Source: Chloroflexota bacterium
GTDB lineage: Bacteria; Chloroflexota; Dehalococcoidia; Bin125
Assembly: GCA_026705025.1 (NCBI GenBank)
Contig: JAPPBN010000046.1
Span: 74,060 to 138,059 of the forward strand
Direction of reading: 5' to 3'
DNA: 64,000 nt
Both the position numbers and the translations under genes were made by a program. A model generated the notes under the pieces. That model saw only the letters and a program-made list of their open reading frames with translations. It did no database searches and was not told the DNA's origin. Position 1 is the stretch's first letter. Each line of letters begins with the position of its first letter. Positions 35,720 to 44,274 of this stretch are shown here, in pieces.

Positions 35720-36973
35720 GTGGCAAGACGAACTGACGACAAGCGGGTCGTGTTGGCCTATTCGGGCGGACTCGATACATCTGTCGTGACACGTTGGTTG
35801 ACCGAGCGCGGTTGGGAAGTCATCTGCATGACTGCCGACATGGGCTATCTCGAGGCGGACGAAGAACTTGAGAGCCGCGCCTATGCCGCCGGCGCGGTCG
35901 GATTCGAAATGCTCGACCTGCGCGACGACTTTGCCCGAGCCTTCTGCTTTCCCGCGTTGATGGCCGGAGCGCTCTACGAGGGCCGCTATCCGCTGGCCAC
36001 GGCGCTGGCCCGGCCGCTCATCGCCAAGGCGTTGGTTGACGTCGCTCGCCGGCACAACGCGACCGCCGTTGCGCATGGCTGCACCGGCAAGGGCAACGAC
36101 CAGGTCCGCTTCGACGTCTCCGTCCAGGCGCTGGCGCCCGATCTGCGCATCCTCGCGCCGGTCAGAGAATGGGAGTTGACGACACGGGAATCGGAGATCG
36201 TTTACGCCCAGGCGCACAGCATCCCGATCACCGTGAGCGTCGACAAGCAATACTCCACCGACGAAAACCTCTGGGGCCGCTCAATCGAAGCCGGTCCGCT
36301 GGAAGATCCGTGGACCGAACCGCCCAACAATGTCTGGGAATGGACGGCCAATCCCGAGGACGCTCCCGATAACCCGACCTATATCGAGATCGGCTTCAAG
36401 CGCGGGCGTCCGGTCTCCCTGGACGGCGAGGATCTCGATCCGGTCACGCTGATCAGCCGTGTACACGACGTCGCCGGCGCAAACGGCGTCGGACGAATCG
36501 ACATGGTCGAGGACCGGCTGGTCGGGATTAAATCCCGCGAGGTTTACGAAGCGCCGGCTGCAACAACGCTGCGGATCGCGCACCAGGCGCTGGAAACGTT
36601 GACCCTGTCCAAGACCCAGATTCGGCTCAAGCATCGTCTGATGCAGGATTACGCCGACCTGATCTACGACGGCCTCTGGTTCACCGGCACACACCAGGAC
36701 CTGGCCGCTTTCACTGCCTCGATGCAGCGTCACGTGACAGGCACCTCGCGAGTCAAGCTGTACAAGGGCCAGGCAGTGACCGTCGGCGTCGAGAGCCCCA
36801 GCAGCCTCTACCAATACTCGTTGGCCACCTATGACGAAGGCGACGTGTTCGACCAGACATCGGCCGTCGGCTTCATCGACATCTTCGGGTTGCCGGTCCG
36901 GGTCCAGGCCGAAAAGCAGTTGCTGCAACAACCGGGCGGCGTCCTCGACGTATCATCAGGTCGTACGACCTGA
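35720..36973 (+). CDS. argG: Argininosuccinate synthase
   Basis: VVLAYSGGLDTS PP-loop and conserved ArgG blocks; GTG start with GGGAGC RBS. Confidence 0.9.
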   Translation: MARRTDDKRVVLAYSGGLDTSVVTRWLTERGWEVICMTADMGYLEADEELESRAYAAGAVGFEMLDLRDDFARAFCFPALMAGALYEGRYPLATALARPLIAKALVDVARRHNATAVAHGCTGKGNDQVRFDVSVQALAPDLRILAPVREWELTTRESEIVYAQAHSIPITVSVDKQYSTDENLWGRSIEAGPLEDPWTEPPNNVWEWTANPEDAPDNPTYIEIGFKRGRPVSLDGEDLDPVTLISRVHDVAGANGVGRIDMVEDRLVGIKSREVYEAPAATTLRIAHQALETLTLSKTQIRLKHRLMQDYADLIYDGLWFTGTHQDLAAFTASMQRHVTGTSRVKLYKGQAVTVGVESPSSLYQYSLATYDEGDVFDQTSAVGFIDIFGLPVRVQAEKQLLQQPGGVLDVSSGRTT

Positions 36974-37020
36974 CACCCGGCAGGTTCGCCTGACGATTCG
37001 GCCAGACAGGAGAGCGTGCG

Positions 37021-37380
37021 ATGACGACGAACGCCTCTGATGCAGAAATCGACATTCGCTACGAAACGGCCGTGGACACGGCCGGCGGTCCCGACGCGGC
37101 AGACTTCGAAATCCGCCGTCCCGGCCATCCGACACTGGAAGTCGCCCTGTACCTGGCGCTCGACGCCAGGCAGGCCTTCGAGGCTGCCTGCGGCCCTCTG
37201 TCCGATGCGCAGACGCAGGCGCTCATCCGCGCAATCGCGGGCGACCTCTATCCGGCCCTGATCGCCGGTGGCGCCATTCCCCCCGCGATCATCACGGTGC
37301 GCGCCGGAGACTTCGACGACGAACAGTTCGAACACACGATCAACGCAGCAGGACTGACCAGGCTGCCCGCAGACGAATAG
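37021..37380 (+). CDS. Hypothetical acidic protein embedded between argG and argH
   Basis: 119-aa ORF; no domain recognised. Confidence 0.4.
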   Translation: MTTNASDAEIDIRYETAVDTAGGPDAADFEIRRPGHPTLEVALYLALDARQAFEAACGPLSDAQTQALIRAIAGDLYPALIAGGAIPPAIITVRAGDFDDEQFEHTINAAGLTRLPADE

Positions 37381-37390
37381 CAGGCGGCGC

Positions 37391-38926
37391 ATGGCAGACG
37401 CCGGCAACCCGAACGAAGACCCACAACGCCTCTGGGGCGGACGCTTCGAAGAAGCGCCCGACGCCCTGGTCCAGGCCTACACGTCTTCGATCCAGACCGA
37501 TCTGCTGCTCTTCCGGCACGACATCGCCGGCTCACGCGCCCACGCACGCATGCTCGCTGCCCAGGGAATCATCGATACGGCGGACGCCGCAACGATCATC
37601 CAGGGACTCGACCAGGTTGAGTCGGAGATCGAATCGGGCGGATTCGAGATCAATCACGAGCTCGAGGACATCCACACGCACGTCGAGGCGCGGCTCAGCC
37701 AGATCATCGGCGCCGACGCTGCCGGTCGGCTGCATACCGCGCGTTCGCGCAACGACCAGGTCGCGCTCGACACTCGAATGTTCGTCCGCGACGCGATTGT
37801 CCAGGCGGTCGGCGCCGTGCGAGGGTTGCAAGCCTCGCTGATCGAACTGGCCGAGCGCTCGCTCGACGTCTACCTGCCCGGCTACACCCACCTGCAACGA
37901 GCTCAGCCAGTGCTCTTCGCGCACCACCTGTTGGCCTACCTGGAAATGCTGGACCGCGACGCCGAGCGCCTGGTCGACTCGTTCGCCCGCGCCGACGTCA
38001 TGCCGCTGGGCAGCGCCGCGCTGGCCGGCGCCGCGTACCCGCTTGACCGACAGGCCGTCGCCGACGAACTCGGATTCGAAGCAATCTCCCGCAACAGCAT
38101 CGACGCGGTGTCGTCACGCGACTACATCGTTGAGTTCCTTTCCAATGCGGCGATCTGCATGGTCAACATTTCGCGGCTCTGCGAGGACGTGATTCTCTGG
38201 AGTTCTGCCGAGTTCGGCATCCTCCAGTTTGGCGACGCATTCACGACCGGCTCCTCGATCATGCCGCAGAAGCGCAATCCCGACATCGCTGAGCTGGCCC
38301 GCGGTCGCAGCGGCAAGGTGCTCGGCCACCTGACCGGCCTGTTGACCACGCTCAAGGGTCTGCCCCTGGCCTACAATCGCGACCTGCAGGAAGACAAATC
38401 GGGCCTGTTCGACACGGCCGAGACCCTGATCGGCACGCTGCACGTCCTTGCCCGGGCGCTCTTGACGGCCCAGGTAAACGGCGACCGTGCGCGAGCCATG
38501 GTCGACCAGGATCCGTTCATCCTGGCCACCGACTACGCCGATTACATCACTCGAAAAGGCGTGCCCTTCCGCGAGGCCCACGGAGTCGTTGGCCGCCTGG
38601 TCAGACTGTGCGAGCAGCGCGGGTGCGGACTGTCGGACCTCACGCTTGAGGACCTGCAGTCGGAGCATCCCTCGTTCGAGGCCGACGCCGTCGGGATGAC
38701 CGCGCAGACGGCGCTGGAGTCGAGAGACGTTCCCGGCGGGACAGCGCCGAGCCAGGTTCTGGCGGCGTTGAAGGAAGCGAAGGAACGGCTGCAACTGAAG
38801 CCCGCCGGACAGCCATCGAGCCAGCCGACCACCTCCTCGTCGGAACCACAGCTCGAGACTGGACTTAACCGGGCTCAGCGACGCGCGGCCGAACGAGCGG
38901 CCGCCAAACAGCAGGGACGGCGATGA
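37391..38926 (+). CDS. argH: Argininosuccinate lyase
   Basis: Fumarate-lyase signature GSSIMPQKRNPD; it has a ~45-aa low-complexity C-terminal tail. Confidence 0.9.
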   Translation: MADAGNPNEDPQRLWGGRFEEAPDALVQAYTSSIQTDLLLFRHDIAGSRAHARMLAAQGIIDTADAATIIQGLDQVESEIESGGFEINHELEDIHTHVEARLSQIIGADAAGRLHTARSRNDQVALDTRMFVRDAIVQAVGAVRGLQASLIELAERSLDVYLPGYTHLQRAQPVLFAHHLLAYLEMLDRDAERLVDSFARADVMPLGSAALAGAAYPLDRQAVADELGFEAISRNSIDAVSSRDYIVEFLSNAAICMVNISRLCEDVILWSSAEFGILQFGDAFTTGSSIMPQKRNPDIAELARGRSGKVLGHLTGLLTTLKGLPLAYNRDLQEDKSGLFDTAETLIGTLHVLARALLTAQVNGDRARAMVDQDPFILATDYADYITRKGVPFREAHGVVGRLVRLCEQRGCGLSDLTLEDLQSEHPSFEADAVGMTAQTALESRDVPGGTAPSQVLAALKEAKERLQLKPAGQPSSQPTTSSSEPQLETGLNRAQRRAAERAAAKQQGRR

Positions 38927-39609
38927 GCACGGCGACGATCCGGCCGGTGCAGATCGCGCCGTCCATCCTCAACGCTGATTGGACCCGGCTGGCCGACCAG
39001 ATCGCCGAGGCGGAGGCGGCCGGCGTCGACTGGATCACGCTCGACGTGATGGACGGCAACTTCGTCCCGCCGATCACATTCGGCGCGCAGATGGCCTCCG
39101 CCGTGCGCTCCTTGACCGAGTTGCCGATCGAGGCGCACCTGATGGTCGAACATCCCGAGGATCACATCGAGGACTTCATCGCCGCCGGTGTCAATTGTGT
39201 GACCATCCACATCGAGACCACGCGTCACCCGCATCGACTGCTCCAGCAGATTACCGACGCCGGCGTCGAGGCCGGCGTGACCCTCAATCCGGGCACGCCG
39301 ATGAGCGAACTCGACGCGGTCGTCCCGATCTGCGACCGTATCCAGATCATGAGCGTCAATCCCGGATGGGGCGGTCAACAGTTCATCCCCGAGTCGCTCG
39401 ACCGAATCAACCAGGCGCGAACCATGCTCGACGCCTGCGGCCGTGAACGTGCGCACGTCGCCGTCGACGGCGGCGTCAACGAATCGACGATCGCCGCCAT
39501 CGTCAAGGCCGGCGCCGACTGGCTGGTCGCCGGTTCGGCCGTCTACAACGACCGCGAGTCCGTCGCCGACGCCGTGGCGCGTCTGCGACGGGCGCTGCCG
39601 AGCGACTAG
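38923..39609 (+). CDS. rpe: Ribulose-phosphate 3-epimerase
   Basis: IAPSILNAD...LDVMDG...HLMVE...IMSVNPGWGGQ motifs. Confidence 0.85.
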   Translation: MSTATIRPVQIAPSILNADWTRLADQIAEAEAAGVDWITLDVMDGNFVPPITFGAQMASAVRSLTELPIEAHLMVEHPEDHIEDFIAAGVNCVTIHIETTRHPHRLLQQITDAGVEAGVTLNPGTPMSELDAVVPICDRIQIMSVNPGWGGQQFIPESLDRINQARTMLDACGRERAHVAVDGGVNESTIAAIVKAGADWLVAGSAVYNDRESVADAVARLRRALPSD

Positions 39610-40739
39610 AGCGTCTTCTCGAAGATCCGATAGACCTTGTACACCTCGGCATCGGTGCGTCGCAGCGCATGGTTGAGCAGGTGGTTGTCCTCCAGCACCC
39701 AGCCAAGTTCGGCCCACTGGTACCCCTGGGCTGCGCCGCGCACGTGGACCTCGGCGGTCAACATGACCCCGAGTTGCGCGAACTCCCGTGTGCGCCACTT
39801 CTGACGCACGCCCAGCAGCATCACCCGCCCGCTCTCCGGGCCTCGCTTGAGCCGCCAGAGCACCTTGGCCCAACCGAATGGGAACAGCCGGCCGTCGATG
39901 TCGCGCGCGCATTCATTGAGATTCGGGATCGATATCACCATCGCCGCCGCCTCGCCGTCGATCTCGACAAACGCGGTCAGCCGTGGATCGGCGAACTGAG
40001 CGAGGTCGGCGGCCAGGCGGTCGGCTTCCTCCGCCGTGATCGGGACCGATCCCCAGTTCTCGACCCATGCCTCGTTGAAGATTTCGGCCGCAATGCGCAC
40101 GTCGCGCTGAAAATTGCGTTTGTCGAACGGCCGCACCGTAATCCGGGGATGGTCGTGAATCCGCCGCCAGGCGCGCTCGCGCCGATCACCGAGCGGGGCG
40201 TCGACGGGATAGCGATACGCCCAGAGGTCTTTGGCCTTCTGGTAGCCGTTGGCCGCGATCAGCTCGGGAAACCAGGTCCGGCCGTGCGGCATGGCGACCA
40301 TCGGCGGCGTGTCGAACCCCTTGACCAGGCATCCCGACTCGTCATTGATAGTGAAACTGAACGGCCCCCGCGAGAATCTGGCCCCGCGTTCGCGTAGCCA
40401 CGACTCCGCGGCCTCAAACAACGCGGTTGCTGCCTCGCCGTCATCGATGCAGTCGAAATGACCGAAGAATCCTGCGGATTCGTTCCATTTGTCATCGTGC
40501 AACGGATTGATCTGCGCGGAGATTCGGCCGATGTCGCGGCCATCTCGCTCGGCAATGAAGAGTTGCGCCTCGCCGTATCGCAGGAACGGTGTCTTACCAG
40601 GGTCGAGGCGCTCCATCTGCGCCCGGCGCAGCATCGGGATCCAGTTGGGATCACCGTCGTAGACGGTCCAGAGCAGATCGACGAACGGAGCGGCCTGACG
40701 CCCGAATCCGATCGCTCGGACCCGGACGCCGGAAGTCAT
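39606..40739 (-). CDS. Putative GNAT-family N-acetyltransferase (large ~380-aa family)
   Basis: Resemblance to the conserved actinobacterial/Chloroflexi ~380-aa GNAT-like family (N-terminal VYDGDPNWIP...FLxYGExQLFIAERDG). Assigned from memory, not verified. Confidence 0.45.
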   Translation of the reverse strand: MTSGVRVRAIGFGRQAAPFVDLLWTVYDGDPNWIPMLRRAQMERLDPGKTPFLRYGEAQLFIAERDGRDIGRISAQINPLHDDKWNESAGFFGHFDCIDDGEAATALFEAAESWLRERGARFSRGPFSFTINDESGCLVKGFDTPPMVAMPHGRTWFPELIAANGYQKAKDLWAYRYPVDAPLGDRRERAWRRIHDHPRITVRPFDKRNFQRDVRIAAEIFNEAWVENWGSVPITAEEADRLAADLAQFADPRLTAFVEIDGEAAAMVISIPNLNECARDIDGRLFPFGWAKVLWRLKRGPESGRVMLLGVRQKWRTREFAQLGVMLTAEVHVRGAAQGYQWAELGWVLEDNHLLNHALRRTDAEVYKVYRIFEKTL

Positions 40740-40775
40740 GTCGACAGGTGAAGCGAGGGCAGCGCCGGTGCTGTG

Positions 40776-41252
40776 CTACCAGCGGCGTCCACGGTCGGCG
40801 TAGCTGTCGCGTGAGCCACGGTCGTCATAGCGCGGCTCACGGCTGCCGCCGCCGCGATTCTCGCGGTAACCGCCTTCCCGGCCGCCGCCGTCGCGGTAAC
40901 CGCCACCGCCGCCGCGCTCTTCGCGGTAGCCGCCACCACCGCCGCGCTCTTCGCGGTAGCCGCCGCCACCACCGCCGCCGCCTCGGTAGCCGCCACCGCC
41001 GCCACCGCCGGCACCTCGCGGGCGCGCTTCATTGACACGCAACTGGCGACCATCGAGGTCGTAGCCATCGAGTGCGGTAATCGCGTTGCGGGCTTCGTCA
41101 TCGGACATATCCACGAAGCCGAAACCTCGTGATCGGCCGCTGTCGCGGTCGACGGGGATCACGCAGTCATGGACTTCGCCGTGCTCGGCGAACAGATCGC
41201 GCAGTTCTTCAGAGTTCGTACGGAAGGGCAGGTTTCCAACGTAGATTCGCAT
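40776..41252 (-). CDS. RRM-domain RNA-binding protein with glycine-rich (GGGGYREER) tandem-repeat tail
   Basis: The RNP motifs are RGFGFVDM (RNP1) and IYVGNL (RNP2), followed by four GGGGGYRE(E)R repeats. Confidence 0.8.
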   Translation of the reverse strand: MRIYVGNLPFRTNSEELRDLFAEHGEVHDCVIPVDRDSGRSRGFGFVDMSDDEARNAITALDGYDLDGRQLRVNEARPRGAGGGGGGGYRGGGGGGGGYREERGGGGGYREERGGGGGYRDGGGREGGYRENRGGGSREPRYDDRGSRDSYADRGRRW

Positions 41253-41398
41253 ATTCCTCGGTCTCGGTGTGGCAGCGCGAGTGCGCCGTCTTCGGGCTGG
41301 TACAGGTCGTCAGGGGCGGACGCTTCGTCCGCGGCTCTGGCTCTCAGGCGGTTGGATAATCCGATCCGGCTCGGGCTTGGTCGATCGTCATGGATGAA

Positions 41399-41614
41399 TC
41401 AGGCGGCGAGCCGCTTCATCATCGTTCTCAGGCATGCGGTGCAAACGTTAAGCCGTTGGGATTTACCGTCAACGGTTACTTTGTGTCGGTGAATATTCGG
41501 CTTGAACGTGCGCGACGTGCGAGGCGCCTTGCGCTTCCAGCGTCCGGAGTGCTTGTGGCGGATGTTGCGGCCGAAGCTGGTCCGCTTTGGACAGAGATCG
41601 CACTTGCCCGCCAT
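41399..41614 (-). CDS. rpmB: 50S ribosomal protein L28
   Basis: MAGKCDLCPKRTSFGRNIRHKHSGRWKRKAPRT...NVCTACLR: bL28 with a zinc-ribbon Cys quartet. Confidence 0.8.
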   Translation of the reverse strand: MAGKCDLCPKRTSFGRNIRHKHSGRWKRKAPRTSRTFKPNIHRHKVTVDGKSQRLNVCTACLRTMMKRLAA

Positions 41615-41763
41615 CGATCGTCCCTCAAGTCCTTCGTCCGCCCACGCGCACTGGCCAAATGACGCCACAGTCTCCGGCGCCTGGCAGGTATCATACCAGC
41701 ACCCTGACCCGCTTCCGGGCGGGTGCCTGTGGCGACGTTGGCACTCTATACGGGAGGCTACAA

Positions 41764-43356
41764 ATGGTCGACAGCGTACTCACCGGGGCCGACGTCAAGC
41801 GCATGATCCAGGGCGCCGCCGGCTGGGTCGCCTTGCATCGTGAAGCGCTGAATCTGATCAACGTCTATCCCGTGCCCGATGGTGACACCGGCGCCAACCT
41901 CGGCCGCACCCTGGCCGCGGCCAGCGAGGCGATGGCAGATGTCGCCGCCGACGCCTCGGCCCGCGAGATCGCGACGAGCGCCGCCTCTGCGGCCCTGCTC
42001 GGCGGTCGAGGCAGCTCAGGAGTCATCGGGGCCCAATGGCTGCGTGGATTTGCCGCCGGACTCTCGGAGGACGGCGACGCGTCGCTCACCGCGGCATTTG
42101 CCAGCGCCGCGGAGGCGGCACGCAACGCCGTGACGGAACCCCGCGGCGGCACCATGATTTCCGTCGCCGCCGATACCGCCACCGCTGTGCAAGACGCCGA
42201 TACCGATCTGCTCGCGCAGTTGCAGCGCGCCGTCGAGGCGGCCTATGAGTCGGTCGAGCACACGCCCGAGCAGAACCCAGTGCTCAAGGACGCCGGCGTC
42301 GTCGACGCCGGCGCGCGCGGCCTCGAGTTCATGCTGCGCGGCATGGCCGGCGCCCTCGCCGGCGAGCCCATTCCCGACGTACCCGCCGAGCTGGGCGCCA
42401 TCGACCCCGGCTGGCTGGCGCGCCGCCTCGACGACGGAGGCGAGTTCGACGGATTCTGCACCGAACTCGTCGTCGCCAATGTCCAGGACATCGACGGACT
42501 GCGCGAGGTGCTGTCCGGAGATGATGAGACCGTCATGCTCGCGCCCGACGGCGAGGACCTGCGAATCCACCTGCACACCACCGAGCCCGCCGACGCCTAC
42601 GCCGCCGCGGACGAGGCCGGCCGGATTCGCGTCTTCCGCGCCGTCGACATGCGCATGCAGGCTGCTCGGACCCACGAGTCAGAGTCCGACGCCGCAGTCG
42701 TTGCTGTCGTCCAGGGCAGCGGCTTTGTCCGCGTCTTCACCGAGCTTGGCGCAGCGGCGATCGTCTCCGGCGGCGCCGCCGACAATCCCTCGGTCGAGAT
42801 GCTGTTCTCGGCCGCCGAGTCGGTCAAGGGCGAGGACGTGATCATCCTGCCCAACAATCACAACGTCACCCCCGCCGCCGAGCGCGCCGGTGAACTGGCC
42901 GCTGAGGCCGACGAACCGCAGCGCGTCCACGTGATTCACAACGACAGCCAGGCCGAAGGTGTGGCCGCCCTCGCCGCCGTAATCGGCGGAGTGCCGGCCG
43001 AGGATGTCGTCGCCGAGATGCAGGATGCGCTACAGGCGGTCCGCATCGGACGCGTCACCCACGCCGCCAGAACGCTTGAAGGCGATGTCCCGATTACCGA
43101 AGGTCAGCCCTTCGCGATGCTCGACGGTGAGATCGCCGGCGCCGGCGAGTCAATCGACGAAGTCGCGCTGTCCCTGGCATCGCAAATGGCAGACTCCCTC
43201 AGCGGCGCGTCGCTATTCACGGCCTACGTCGGCGAGGACGTCAGCGAGGAGCGGGCCGACGCGCTGGCCGAAGCGATTGAAGAATCAACGGGTCTGGAAG
43301 TCGACCTGATTGAAGGCGGACAGCCTCACTACCCGTGGCTGCTCGCGCTCGAGTAA
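41764..43356 (+). CDS. yloV: DAK2-domain fusion protein YloV
   Basis: An N-terminal Dak2 domain (PVPDGDTGANL...GGRGSSGV) plus the C-terminal YloV-specific domain; conserved position next to degV/recG. Confidence 0.8.
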   Translation: MVDSVLTGADVKRMIQGAAGWVALHREALNLINVYPVPDGDTGANLGRTLAAASEAMADVAADASAREIATSAASAALLGGRGSSGVIGAQWLRGFAAGLSEDGDASLTAAFASAAEAARNAVTEPRGGTMISVAADTATAVQDADTDLLAQLQRAVEAAYESVEHTPEQNPVLKDAGVVDAGARGLEFMLRGMAGALAGEPIPDVPAELGAIDPGWLARRLDDGGEFDGFCTELVVANVQDIDGLREVLSGDDETVMLAPDGEDLRIHLHTTEPADAYAAADEAGRIRVFRAVDMRMQAARTHESESDAAVVAVVQGSGFVRVFTELGAAAIVSGGAADNPSVEMLFSAAESVKGEDVIILPNNHNVTPAAERAGELAAEADEPQRVHVIHNDSQAEGVAALAAVIGGVPAEDVVAEMQDALQAVRIGRVTHAARTLEGDVPITEGQPFAMLDGEIAGAGESIDEVALSLASQMADSLSGASLFTAYVGEDVSEERADALAEAIEESTGLEVDLIEGGQPHYPWLLALE

Positions 43357-43366
43357 TCCACTCGTT

Positions 43367-43387
43367 CCCTCTCCCTCTGGGAGAGGG
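43367..43387 (+). terminator. Hairpin CCCTCTCCC-TCT-GGGAGAGGG 11 nt after the yloV stop (possible intrinsic terminator, no U-tract)
   Basis: A perfect 9-bp GC-rich stem read directly; there is no downstream T-run, which is common in high-GC genomes but keeps the call weak. Confidence 0.25.
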
Positions 43388-43425
43388 TTAGGGTGAGGGC
43401 AACCACTGATAGTCTGGTAGAACAT

Positions 43426-44274
43426 ATGTCCATCGCAATCGTCACCGACTCCGCCTCCGACCTGGAACAGGGCGAGATCGAAGGCATCACCGTCGTCCCG
43501 CTGCATCTGCACTTCGGCGATGAAGTCTTCGAAGACGGCGTCACCCTGACCAAGCCCGACTTCTGGCAACGGCTCAATCGCGTCGTCGAGGAGGGCGGTG
43601 TACTGCCCACGACCTCGCAGCCCGCTCCGGGAGCATTCCGCGATGCCTACCAGCAGCTGATCGACGATGGCGCGGACGGCGTCATCTCGGTCCACATCAG
43701 CGGCAAGCTCTCCGGCACCCTCAACTCGGCCCGCCAGGGAGCGTCGCTCCTCGATAATGCGCCGCCCTTCGAGTTCGTTGACACCGAGACCGCTTCGATG
43801 TCGGTTGCCTGGGCCGCGCAGGCCGCGCTCGACGCCGACCGCGAGGGCGCGAGCATTGAGCGGGCCGCCGACGCAGCGCGTGAGAGCGCTGCCCGCTCGC
43901 GTGCGGTGCTGTTCGTCGAAACGCTTGACTACCTCCAGCGCGGCGGACGCATCGGCCGCGCCCGTCACCTCGCCGGTCGTTTGCTGCGCATGCGCCCACT
44001 GCTGGAGGTGATCGACGGTGAGATCGTCGACATCGAGAAGCCGCGCACACGCAAGAAGGCGCTCGATCGGCTCTACGCGCAGATCATGGCGCAGGGAACG
44101 CCGGAACGCGTCGCGATCATGCACGGAGGCGTAGAGTCTGACGCTCGCGATCTCGCCAATCGCGTCTCGGAAGCCTGCGACGGCATGACCGTGCCCGTCG
44201 TCCTCTCCTCGCCCGTGATCGGTGCTCACGTCGGGCCTGGAACGGTTGGAGCCTCGGTCCTGAGACGGGCCTGA
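43426..44274 (+). CDS. DegV family fatty-acid-binding protein
   Basis: IAIVTDSASDL N-terminus and DegV fold motifs. Confidence 0.8.
   Translation: MSIAIVTDSASDLEQGEIEGITVVPLHLHFGDEVFEDGVTLTKPDFWQRLNRVVEEGGVLPTTSQPAPGAFRDAYQQLIDDGADGVISVHISGKLSGTLNSARQGASLLDNAPPFEFVDTETASMSVAWAAQAALDADREGASIERAADAARESAARSRAVLFVETLDYLQRGGRIGRARHLAGRLLRMRPLLEVIDGEIVDIEKPRTRKKALDRLYAQIMAQGTPERVAIMHGGVESDARDLANRVSEACDGMTVPVVLSSPVIGAHVGPGTVGASVLRRA

Noticed and set aside
43285-44229. 314-aa minus-strand ORF (ends ...GCPHPNPLPEGEGTSGLLER)
   Set aside because: It is an antisense shadow of degV; part of it simply reads through the GC-rich hairpin after yloV.
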